Below, piece by piece: positions 12,265 to 22,399 of a stretch of DNA of 64,000 bases. The notes below the pieces were generated by a model. The model did not search any database, was not told where the DNA came from, and saw only the letters and a program-made list of their open reading frames with translations. The position numbers and the translations under genes were made by a program. The stretch is from Octopus vulgaris (lineage: Eukaryota), in the NCBI GenBank assembly GCA_951406725.2, contig OX597817.1:104904001-104968000 (forward strand), in the 5' to 3' direction. Numbering within the stretch: the stretch's first letter is position 1; the number at the start of each line of letters is the position of its first letter.

Positions 12265-14205
12265 TTTTACTTGTTTCAGTATTTAGATGGCAGCCATGCT
12301 GGAGCACTACCTTGAAGAGTTTAGTTAAACAAATTGATCCCTGTACTTATTTTAAACCTTGTCACTATTCTTTTAATTTCTTTTTACTGAGCTGCTACAC
12401 TAAGGGGACTTGATCACACCAATGCTAGTTGTCGTGCAGTGATGGAGTATAAATGCAAAAATAAAGACACACACCCACACACATGGATATATATTCACAT
12501 ACATACATTTCTCTCTCCCTATATATATATATATCTTTTATTTGTTTCAGTCACCAGTCTGTGACCATGTTGGAGTACCATCTTCAAGAATTTTAGTTGA
12601 ACAAATTGAACCCAGTACTTATTTTTTTAAGCCTGATATGTATTCTATTGGTCTCTTTTTCTAAACCACTAAGTTATGGAGATGTAAACACACCAGTTGT
12701 TAAGCAGTGGTGGGTGATAAACACAGACATACATACAAGTATATATATATATACAGGGTGCAATTTACCCATTGCACCTTGTATAATTATATATATAGGC
12801 TTCTTTCAGTTTCTGTCTACCAAATCCACTCACCCAAGGTGCCACACAATGGGACTGAACCTAGGACTATGTGGTTGGGAGGTAAACTCCGTACCATGCA
12901 GCTGTACCTGCATCTATCATATATATATATATATATGACAGGCTTCTTTCAGTTTATATCTACCAAATCAACTCACAAGGCTGTGTTCACTCCAGATTTA
13001 TAGTAATTGTAGGTGTCACAGTGGGATTGAAACTGAAAACATGCAGTTGGGAAGTAAACTTCTTATCACACAGCCTTGAATATACTTTCCTATAACTTTT
13101 ATATAAAAATAACTATCCAACTTTTTGATTTGAGCATGAATTTGTGGGTTTTAGTACTAGTTTTCACTTTAATACATTTTGCCCATTTGTACTGTTTTAC
13201 ATCCATTTTTCCATACTGGAATGGGCTGGACAAGAACTTGTTGAGGTAGTATTTTATGACCAGATGCCATCCCCATTGCAACGCTTATCTGTTTTTTCAA
13301 CTGAGAGATTTTTCCTATTCCACTTTCTTTGAAAGCACAAATCAACAAAATGTGCTATTTAAAGGGAATGTAAACACAACATAGCTGTTTTTCTGTATAG
13401 TGCCATGCTAAGCTGTGGAATATAAAAATCCATGCACACACACACCTTTTCTTTTATTTGTTTCAGTCATGCTGGGGCCCCACCTTGAAGAATTTTTAGC
13501 TGAATGAATCACCCCAGTACTTATTTTTCTTTCTTTAAACCTGGTACTTATTCTATTGGTTTCTTTTGCTGAACTGTTAAGTTATGGAGACATAAGCGCT
13601 CCAGTAATAGCTGTCAAGTGGTGGTGGGAAGAACAAACACAAATACAAAGATATATATATATACGATGGACCTCTTTCAGTTTTTGTCTACCAAATCCAC
13701 TCACAAGGCTTTGGTGAGTTCAAAGCTATAGCAGAAGACAGCTACCAAAGGTGCCATGTGGTTGAGAAGCAAGTTTCTTACCACACAGCCATATGCATAT
13801 ATGCTATCAATGAAATGAAAACTGCTAGTGGATATCTTTGGTTTCTTTCCACATACTATCTCTTACTCTCTCATCTTTGCAATATCATTCCCTTCCCATC
13901 CTTATCACACTAGCTTTCTTGTTCATCTTGAGACATATGCACAAGGTTACTGCTGCTTCATGCTCTTGTTTGATGAGACTAGGGTGATCTCAGAAGTGTT
14001 ATCATGTGTAGAGCAAACTAGGTCTACTAGTGCTCCTCACTGCTGGTGGTTCGGTGCCAGCCTGTCTAGTGAAATCCCTATCTCCTCCATGTGATATGGG
14101 TCAAAAATATAAGTATGGCTGCTCGGTAAGAAGCTTGCTTCCGAACCAATGTGGTCTTGACCAAAGCATTGTGGATGGATTTGGTATAAAAAACCCGAAA
14201 GAAGT

Positions 14206-14252
<47 letters not shown>

Positions 14253-14930
14253 ATATGTATCTGTGCATGTCCTCACTACTTGACAATTGGTTTGGTTTGT
14301 TTACATGCCTAAGATATAAAATAGGCACTAGGGTCAATTAGTTCTACGAAACCCTTCAAGGTTGTATTCTATCATGGCCTTAGCTAAAAGATTGCATTCT
14401 GCAGCTTGTTTAGTGTATTCAGCATTCTAGATGGATAGTTTTCACTTATAGCTGAGGTGTCATGTCTCTCCATACTGTTGCTATAAACTTCAAATGATTA
14501 CCCGATATCTTCTTATAATTTTTTAATCCCACTGAACTCATTATTTTATTCATTTACTTGTTTCAGTCATTTGACTGTGGCCATGCTGGAGCACTGCTTT
14601 GAAAGGTTTTTTTAGTCCAATGAATCGATCCCAGGACTTATTCTTTGTAAGCCTAGTATTTATTCTATTGGTCTCTTTTGCTGAACTATTAAGTTACAGG
14701 GATGCTAACACACCAACACCAGTTGTCAAGTGGTGATGGGGGACAGGTACAAAGACACACACACAGAGGCTTCTTTCAATTTCGGTCTACCAAGTCCATT
14801 CACAAGGCTTTGGTCAGCTCAGGGCTACAGTAGAAGACATTAGCCAAATGTGCCACACAATGAGACTGAACCTAAGACCATGTGATAGGGAAGCAAGCTT
14901 CATACCACACAGCCACGCCTGTGCCTATAT
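12265..14930. mobile_element. Cluster of tRNA-derived SINE copies, mostly minus strand (~12265-13075, 13455-13790, 14550-14925; one + copy at ~14115)
   Basis: Recurrent blocks TTGTTTCAGTCA..GCCATGCTGGAGCAC, CTACCAAATCCACTCACAAGG and GGGAAGCAAGCTTC..CCACACAGCC. Confidence 0.8.
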
Positions 14931-15219
14931 GCTGATGTTTTTTTTAAAAATTAATTTCATGGTAAGTACTCTTGTTAATTACAAGATATCTTATTTTCTT
15001 TCTTACAATGAGTTCACTTTATGACAATATGTTCAATATGAAGAAACTCAACATACACAAAGCTTACCAAGCTGATGATTGTAAAGCTACACATGCTTAC
15101 ACACAAACACACACTATTTTTACTTAGTTATTGATGTTTCTACTTGAAATAATGGAATTTAAGGACTCTTTTTAAAAAACTAGCTAGCAAAAAGATATAT
15201 ATAAAAAAATTCTTAAGAT

Positions 15220-15225
15220 TTTATT
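15220..15225 (-). terminator. Candidate polyadenylation signal of ITPA
   Basis: AATAAA on the minus strand about 40 nt after the stop codon; such motifs are common in AT-rich DNA. Confidence 0.35.
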
Positions 15226-15263
15226 TTCTTTGTAAAAAATATTTAATAAGAATTGATTTACAT

Positions 15264-15556
15264 TTACTTCATAGTTTTATTCATAAAATGCTCTTTGAAT
15301 GCCATTACTGCTTTCCCACGATGTGATAGACTGTTTTTTAATTCTTTGGGCATTTCAGCATATGTCTGATCAAAGCCATCGGGTTGGAAACAAGGATCCC
15401 ATCCAAAATCGTTTGGTCCACTAGGTGCCACAATTTTTCCATCTGTTTGACCTTTGAATAGCAAGACTGGGGCTTCTAGATTGCCAGTGGAGAAAGCAAG
15501 TGTACATAGAGCATATGCACTTTTGTCTTCAAATCCATGCAGGAGGCGGTGTAAAC
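15264..15556 (-). CDS. ITPA: Inosine triphosphate pyrophosphatase, last coding exon
   Basis: Acceptor ...tttatctcag|GT. Encodes [48 protein letters not shown] (Ham1 FGWDP and SHR motifs), then TAA. Confidence 0.97.
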
Positions 15557-16403
15557 CTGAGATAAACAGATCAAAATGATGCAGGTATTTCATTAATTTG
15601 ATTTAATAACAACATCAAAAATATACTTAATGGAAAAATATACTTAATTCATGCAATGTCATTTTTATGATTATATTTTAGGTTACATAAAAATGATATG
15701 TAAGACATATTTTCTGTAACATGTGGTAGGAACTAGAAAGCAAAAGACTTTTTGAAGCCATACTTCTCTCCATTATTTCTAGATGTCTAAAGTATATAGT
15801 TAAGGAGAAAACATGGTAATGATCTACAAGACGAAAGGAGACCTAAATAAATATCATTCCATATATTTCTAAACTTTATCATGTCTTTTGTTGATGTTGA
15901 TATTAAATCAAACCTGATCATGGAGACCTATGATCAAATGTGTGCTGACAATAACCATCTTGTGTTTTATATGTTTAAGACTACATTGTCCAATCTTCAA
16001 GATGGTAAGATGGAATATGGGGGAAATTTGACTGTTAAACTAGCAGGTCAAGTGAGCATATAGAAGCTCATTGGCTAGATCCTAATTTTTGTGGCCTTAT
16101 GTGCTTTATTGCAAGCAATTCTTAAAGTGCGTCAACTACCAACAGCAATTTCTTTGCATCTGTACATAAATATGGAACCACAATAATAGATGCAAAGAAA
16201 TTTTTGGATATTTAACACTCTTTAAGAATTACCTATGTACATATGTATGTGCATACAGTTAACTTTTACATGAAAATCTTCAACTGTCTTTTTATTTTTA
16301 TACATCAAATTAAACAGCTTAAAAGACAAAGATAATATTACCTTAATGATTACATCACCAAAACATCTTTATCAAATCCAAATATTTTAATAAAAAATCT
16401 TAC

Positions 16404-16596
16404 CTTCTGGCTTCAATTTATTTAAAAACCATTTTATGTATGGTCCTGGCAGTCCACCAAGAGCATTAAAGCAAAGAGAGGTATCTTCTACAACAACTGG
16501 ACCTTTGACAATTTTAGCAGCTTCAAGACATTTGGCACGTGAAATATCATCACTTTCTCCTTGGTATTCAGGAATATCAACGTTTTCATTAATTAA
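16404..16596 (-). CDS. ITPA: Inosine triphosphate pyrophosphatase, middle coding exon
   Basis: tttttgttag|...|gtaaga, 193 nt. Encodes [64 protein letters not shown](G). Phases match both neighbouring exons. Confidence 0.97.
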
Positions 16597-16731
16597 CTAA
16601 CAAAAATAACAATTAAATTTATTTAATATTTTAGTCATTAAAGTTTTCATTTTTCAAAAATATTAATATCATTTAACTTCATTTTTGTATCTGGTTTGCA
16701 AGATTCTTTATGTAAATTCATGTGTTGAAAC

Positions 16732-16939
16732 ATATTTTGTTGTCTGGGGAGAGTGGTACTGCCTTAATATCTAACACACTTACCAGTTCAATTTCCATTC
16801 ATTATTTATATTTTTTCTTCCAAAATTTTCATTGCTTTTGCAACCTTGTCAAAGATAAAATATAAACAATGAGTGGAAATTGAACCAGTGAGTATGTTAG
16901 ATATTAAGGCAGTATGACTCTCCAGACACAACAAAATAT
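16732..16939. repeat. Imperfect inverted repeat, ~80-bp arms, in ITPA intron
   Basis: TACTGCCTTAATATCTAACACACTTACCAGTTCAATTTCCA pairs with TGGAAATTGAACCAGTGAGTATGTTAGATATTAAGGCAGTA. Confidence 0.85.
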
Positions 16940-17089
16940 CTTTTACTATAACCAAAAATTAAGAAATCAGTTTGCTATATCTATTTGTGTATAATGCAAG
17001 TGTATATAATCATGTATACTCTGTAAACCTAATTATGAGCAATGAAATCCCAGGAAAACTATCTTCAGTGTTTAGTATACATTAACCTC

Positions 17090-17601
17090 TCTTAGGAAAA
17101 AAAGGAGAGGTGATGGCATTTAACAACAAGGATGGGCTCATGGTAACAGACAAAAGGGATATGGAAGAGACATGCAAAGCCTTCTACACTGGCCTTTTTA
17201 AATCATCAGTGAAATGTGATCCTCCACCACGACAAATCTTGGAAGAAATGCCACATATTCTGGTTAGTGAAAATGAAAATGCCCTCAAACTGATAAAAGC
17301 AGACAAAACTCCTGAAAAAGATGGTATAACAACAGACATATGGAGGCAAAGAGCTATGGAAAATCCTTGTTCTACACTTCAACTGGTATCTGAAGAAGGT
17401 AAAATATCCTCACTGTGGAAAGAGTTGAATACCATCTTGATTCATAAGAGTAATGAAGATTTTAGAAACTACAGACCTATATACCTCTTATTTCACCTTT
17501 ATAAGTTGTTTACAAAGGTCAAAGTCACCAGTTTATCAAAACATCTCAATGACCAGCAGCTGAGGGAGCAAGCAGGTTTCTGCAAGAAGTGCAGTCACTG
17601 A
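17090..17601 (+). mobile_element. RTE-like LINE reverse transcriptase fragment in ITPA intron
   Basis: ORF 17110-17601 contains ILIHK..DFRNYRPIYLLFHLYKLFTKV..QQLREQAGF (RT N-terminal motifs); degenerate. Confidence 0.85.
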
Positions 17602-17744
17602 TATACATATTAAAAATGGCTGACAGGTTCCTTGTTTCTCATTGGTTCAAATAGAATATGTGGAAAATGATGAAACACTTAACCCTTTGCTTATCCAAAG
17701 CATTTTCATAAATTTGCCCTAAACTTGTCTATGCTTGTGTACAA

Positions 17745-17987
17745 ACTTCTAGTTAGCTCTTGCTTCATATGTTCTATGAGTAATATAAAGCTTTCCTTTC
17801 ATGAGTCCCAAGTTACTCTGGTAGTTTAAAAAAATTGGGAATGTGTATCATATATGATGCATGGACATATTCCCAATTTTTTTAAACTACCAGAGTAACT
17901 TGGGACTCATGAAAGGAAAGCTTTATATTACTCATGAACGTATGAAGCAAGAGCTAACTAGAAGTATCATATATGATGCATGGACAT
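17745..17987. repeat. ~100-bp near-perfect inverted duplication with a 24-bp direct repeat
   Basis: Arms 17745-17846 and 17865-17965. GTATCATATATGATGCATGGACAT at 17845-17868 and 17964-17987. Confidence 0.95.
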
Positions 17988-18274
17988 TGGGGAAATATGT
18001 CCCATGTGTCACATGTGATTCACAGGACAGACAAAGGGTTAACATCTCACTTGTTGAATAAAGAATTGCCACATTACTATATAAGAAGAAATGTATAAAA
18101 AACCACCATCACTCTCGAACATTACATGTAATTGACCATCATACTTAAATGCAGTCTTGTATGCTAAGGAAAATGGGAACTAGGTAGTTGGTTGTCACTG
18201 TGGATGTTTTGAGTCGAATATCTGAATTTGATGCAAAGCCAAGTCCAAACTTGAATCCATGTCACAATCAAAGA

Positions 18275-18540
18275 AGGCAAACAGAAGGAAATCTGCAGCA
18301 TTTCTGAAGCTGGAAGAAGAACTGTCTGACTAACTGAAGGCTGGCAAAACAGTTGTCATTTGAGTCAGGAGAACACTAACCTACACCTCAGAGCACTAGA
18401 AAGAAGATAGTAAAGATGCCTAGCAACTTCATGGCCAGTGCTGGATGGAGCTAGTGCATTGAGGTTAACATCACCCAGAAACAGCAGGCAGAATTTGAAG
18501 ACAAGTTGCAGGAATTGGCACAGTTGCATAACATGAATTT
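18275..18540 (+). mobile_element. pogo-family transposase remnant (CENP-B HTH region)
   Basis: Fragments RRKSAAFLKLEEELSD, LHLRALE, NFMASAGW and ITQKQQAEFEDKLQE resemble pogo FKASxGW and AQKLP segments. Confidence 0.55.
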
Positions 18541-18609
18541 TATGTAATTACAGTTGTCGAGCTTCAGTACAGAAAGTAAACACTTTCATAATGGAGAAAG
18601 ATATCCAAC

Positions 18610-19240
18610 TTTATGACTTTGCACCCAGTACATTCTGTAAAGTGGTTGGTGTTAGGAAGGGCATCCAACCATAGAAACCAGGCCAAATCAGATTGGAACC
18701 TGGTGCAGCTCTCCTGCTTGCCAGCTCTGGTTAAACCGTCCAATCCATGCCAGCATGGAAAACAGACATTAAATGATGATGATGATTATATATATGAAGA
18801 AAAACATAAAATGTAAAATAATTTAACTGGCAATTGACATGAACATGAACTAGTTTGCTTCCCAATCACATAGTTTCAGGCTCAGCCTCATTGCATGGTA
18901 CCTTGGGCAAGTGTCTTGCTGCTATGGACCCAGACTGACTAAATCTTTGTGAATGAATTTGATAGATGGAAACTGAAAGAAATCTGTCTTGTGTGTGTGT
19001 GTGTGTCCTTGTCTTGATATGATGCTGATAGTTGTAAATGAGTGTTATCACATTACAAGTGGTGTACTGTGTTTCCAGTGTTGTGCGATAATATGCCTGG
19101 CCATTGGAAAATACTACCTTGCTTGGAAACAGGTGAAGGTTAACAACAAGAAAGGTATTCAGCCATAGAGAAACTACCCCAATGAATTCCGTCTAACCCA
19201 CGCAAGTATGGAAAAGTGGGCATTAAAATGATGATGATAA
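18610..19240 (+). mobile_element. Two SINE copies in ITPA intron
   Basis: AGGAAGGGCATCCAACCATAGAAACC..(GAT)n and CCTTGGGCAAGTGTCTT..GGAAACTGAAAGAA..(GAT)n. Confidence 0.75.
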
Positions 19241-19478
19241 ATTTCATATGTCTCAGTTCGTTTTGGATATAATCAAGAATTTGGATGATTTAGTAGTTCA
19301 ATAACTTATTATTATGCTGACATATAGAATATAACAAAAGCCTGAGTGACATAAAATTATGACAGGAGGTAATAGTTTAAATATGAACACATTAAAAAGT
19401 TTGGGTTTTGAATAAATGGAACAAGAATCAGTCCCAGGAGTGTTTGTATCAAAAAAGTCTATGTAAAGAAATACATAC

Positions 19479-19562
19479 TTTATAGGGAAAGTTTTTGCCA
19501 AGAATTTGAGTAAATTCTTTTAATTTATTAGCATTCCCTGTCACAAATGTAATTGTTGTCAT
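19479..19562 (-). CDS. ITPA: Inosine triphosphate pyrophosphatase, first coding exon
   Basis: ATG at 19562, 6 nt after acceptor tttcctctttcag| (exon starts 19568). Encodes MTTITFVTGNANKLKEFTQILGKNFPYK|gtatgt with the Ham1 FVTGN-x-x-KL-x-E motif. 84+193+293 = 570 nt = 189 aa + stop. Confidence 0.96.
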
Positions 19563-20504
19563 GTTTACCTGAAAGAGGAAAAACAACAAAATTAATCTCA
19601 TAGCTATGATAAATCGTTTCTCATCTCTAACACAACAGATTTATAATATCTTAATTTTATTAAACATAGCAAAATTAGTAGGGGAGGTGGTGATATGGAA
19701 ATGATTTGGCTGCTGTTTCTAACTGGTTGAGTAAATACGTAAAGGCTTCCTTATTGGCTTGTTTTGTGTTTTGTTTTAGGCGTCACCAGCTATGAGCAAT
19801 GTCCTTTTTAAAACCATCAAGTAACAGATCAAGAAGGCTAATACAAATATTCTGCTCATTTATCTTAGCATAGAGACAAGTTTGAAGTATGTTTCTCACT
19901 GTCTGACAAACAGTGTTAGTTTCATTACTCTATTCTAAGTGCATTATAATCTCATCCTTTGTCTTCTATCCTAAACTTTATTGATGCAAATGAAGTAATT
20001 GTGTTTGCATGAAGACTGCTCACTAAAAATCTTTCCATTTAATTCCAATACCAGAAACAATTTACATCTCTTCTCATTGCACCAAGTGAACAATGTAAAT
20101 AGGGATGTTTCTGGACTGACTGGCCCCTCTAACATGCTACCTGGCATGATAACTTCTCTAGTGCTAGAGTCAGGAAAATATGTACCCAGTACATACTGCA
20201 AATTGGCGGGTAATAGCAAGGGCATCCAGCTGTTGAAATATACAAGTGAGATGCAATTCTCTGATTTGCTTAGGTATGAATAAGTGCTGGCTCCAACTGT
20301 GGTGGTTCATTTAGCTCATACCAGCTTGAAAAGCGTATGTAAAACAGGGATGATGACAATTATTTAAATCCGCACAGCATATTTGTATTACCAATTACTT
20401 TTTCTAGTAAGCTCATTTAAGAAAAATAAGTAACATAAAAGAATTTTTTAAAAAACTACTGAAATATTATTATAAGGAATAAAATATATAATTGGAGATA
20501 TATC

Positions 20505-20890
20505 ATCATCATCACCATCATCGTTTAGCGTCCGCTTTCCATGGGTTGGACGGTTCAACTGGGGTCTGGGAAGCCAGAAGGCTGCACCAGGCCCAGTTTG
20601 ATCTGTTTCTATGGCTGGATGCCCTTCCTAACGCCAACCACTCCATGAGTGTAGTGGGTGCTTTTTACGTGTCTGGCAAATGGCCACGATCGGATGGTGC
20701 TTTTTATGTGCCACTGGCACGGGGGCCAGGCGAGGCTGGCAATGGCCACGAACAGATGGTGCTTTTTACGTGCCACTGGCACGGGGGCCAGGCGAGGCTG
20801 GCAACGGCCACGAACGGATGGTGCTTTTTACATGCCACTGGCACGAGGCCAGTCGGGGTGACGCTGGCAACGGCCACGAACGGGTGGGCA
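20505..20890 (-). mobile_element. SINE containing a ~61-bp GC-rich tandem repeat (about 3.5 units, 20657-20885)
   Basis: Unit GGTGCTTTTTAyGTGCCACTGGCACGGGGGCCAGGCGAGGCTGGCAAyGGCCACGAACrGAT. A single-unit version is at 63550-63597. Confidence 0.85.
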
Positions 20891-21154
20891 AATAGGTAAT
20901 TAGATATAAAAGTTAATAAGTAATAGAGATTATATTTAGTCGTATTTTGGTAAATACAGTTGATTTTCATTAATCAAGAATATTTGGTAACTGATGAGTT
21001 TCAGATCAAAGACAAACTTTCATTACAGAAATTAGACAACCTTTATGTCTATTCCTGATTAAGATACAATATCATCAATTATAATTGATGATATAGAGTA
21101 TTAATGTAAAGTTTTTATTTAAATATCACAAATAAATAAAAGAGCTTAATAGTT

Positions 21155-21297
21155 CTAATTATGAATAATTATTCATATTTATACTTGAAATCTTGTAATT
21201 CATCATCATCATCATCATCATCATCGCTAAACGATGATGATGATGATGATGAATTACAAGATTTCAAGTATAAATATGAATAATTATTCATAATTAG
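21155..21297. repeat. Near-perfect palindrome with (CAT)8/(ATG)6 inner arms and a 5-nt loop
   Basis: 46 bp of unique sequence on each side are exact reverse complements; centre ...CATCG-CTAAA-CGATG... Confidence 0.95.
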
Positions 21298-21830
21298 GTT
21301 TAACAAAATAGCAAAACAATTTTACATGTGTACTGAAGTAAGAGAAAGTAGAATGATACTTAAAATAAAAAATAGACACTTTAATTAAAGTTTGTAGGTG
21401 TATCAACATGATACCTAGAGGAGGATTGCAAGAGTGAATAATTAATTCTAGATAGATCAGTTTGCTGAATAGCCTTACTGCAATAAAGATATCTTTATGG
21501 TACTGTACCTAAGAAAATTACGGGATGATCATGGTCAGGATGCTTTTAACGACAGAGCTGTTTGATCAAGGTTGACCTAGGAACTGTACAACACAACCAT
21601 CATCATCATCATCATCGTTTAACGTCCACTTTCCAAACCATATAAAGATATAAAAGTTCTGACAAAACAATTGTAAAATAGTTAACTGATCCCTATGAAA
21701 TATCTTAAGTCATTGACTCCTAAAAAAATTTGTTAAATATATTTCCTTAATTTATTTGTTTTCAATGGAGTAGACCAAAACAGACTCTGGTGTTCCCTGC
21801 TTGCAACGATCAGACTTTCTTTCCTCTAAG

Positions 21831-22146
21831 CCAATTCTCAACATTTTTTTTTTACCTATGGACCCCTTTGATTACTATTTTATTCTAATGGATCCCCATA
21901 ACCATTTGATGTTTAAAAACTAGTTTTATAGAAACTTCTTTCAAAACTCCTATTTTGTTTCAGACATTGTCTAGACTGAACTATGTAAAACGTTGGAAAG
22001 AGAAACCAAGCTGTTTCTTGCAATACATATCAATAGCAAATTTTTTGGTGGGAGGGGCTCTTAAAATGGTATTGTGGATCCCCAATTTACTATTTTGTTG
22101 CATGGACCCTGACAAATCTTATATGGATCTCAGTTGAAAACCACTG
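21831..22146. mobile_element. hAT-type MITE
   Basis: Right end GTTGAAAACCACTG (reverse complement CAGTGGTTTTCAAC), degenerate left end CCAATTCTCAAC, flanks CTCTAAG and CTCTTAG. Confidence 0.55.
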
Positions 22147-22399
22147 CTCTTAGCAATGTAATCTTTCAGAAATTCTTGAAATTATCTCCCCTTTTCTTGG
22201 AGAATCACTTTTTTTTCCTCCACAGAGAGAATTTTCAATTAAAGATCTTTTGCGTACAGGATTCAGTATATCACCCCTAATACAAGAAACCTGATTTTAT
22301 GTCAGCGGTTGCCAATGGTCCATTTGAATTACTTCCCTTGGTTTATTTTATTTGTACTGTTTACTTACAATTATTTTACAAGAAATCTTGTAGTCATTT

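Noticed and set aside
15557-15593. N-terminal [12 protein letters not shown] of the ITPA ORF in the track
   Set aside because: It is intronic; the real exon begins at the acceptor at 15556.
20492-20970. Repetitive ORFs in several frames
   Set aside because: They result from the 61-bp GC-rich tandem repeat inside a SINE.
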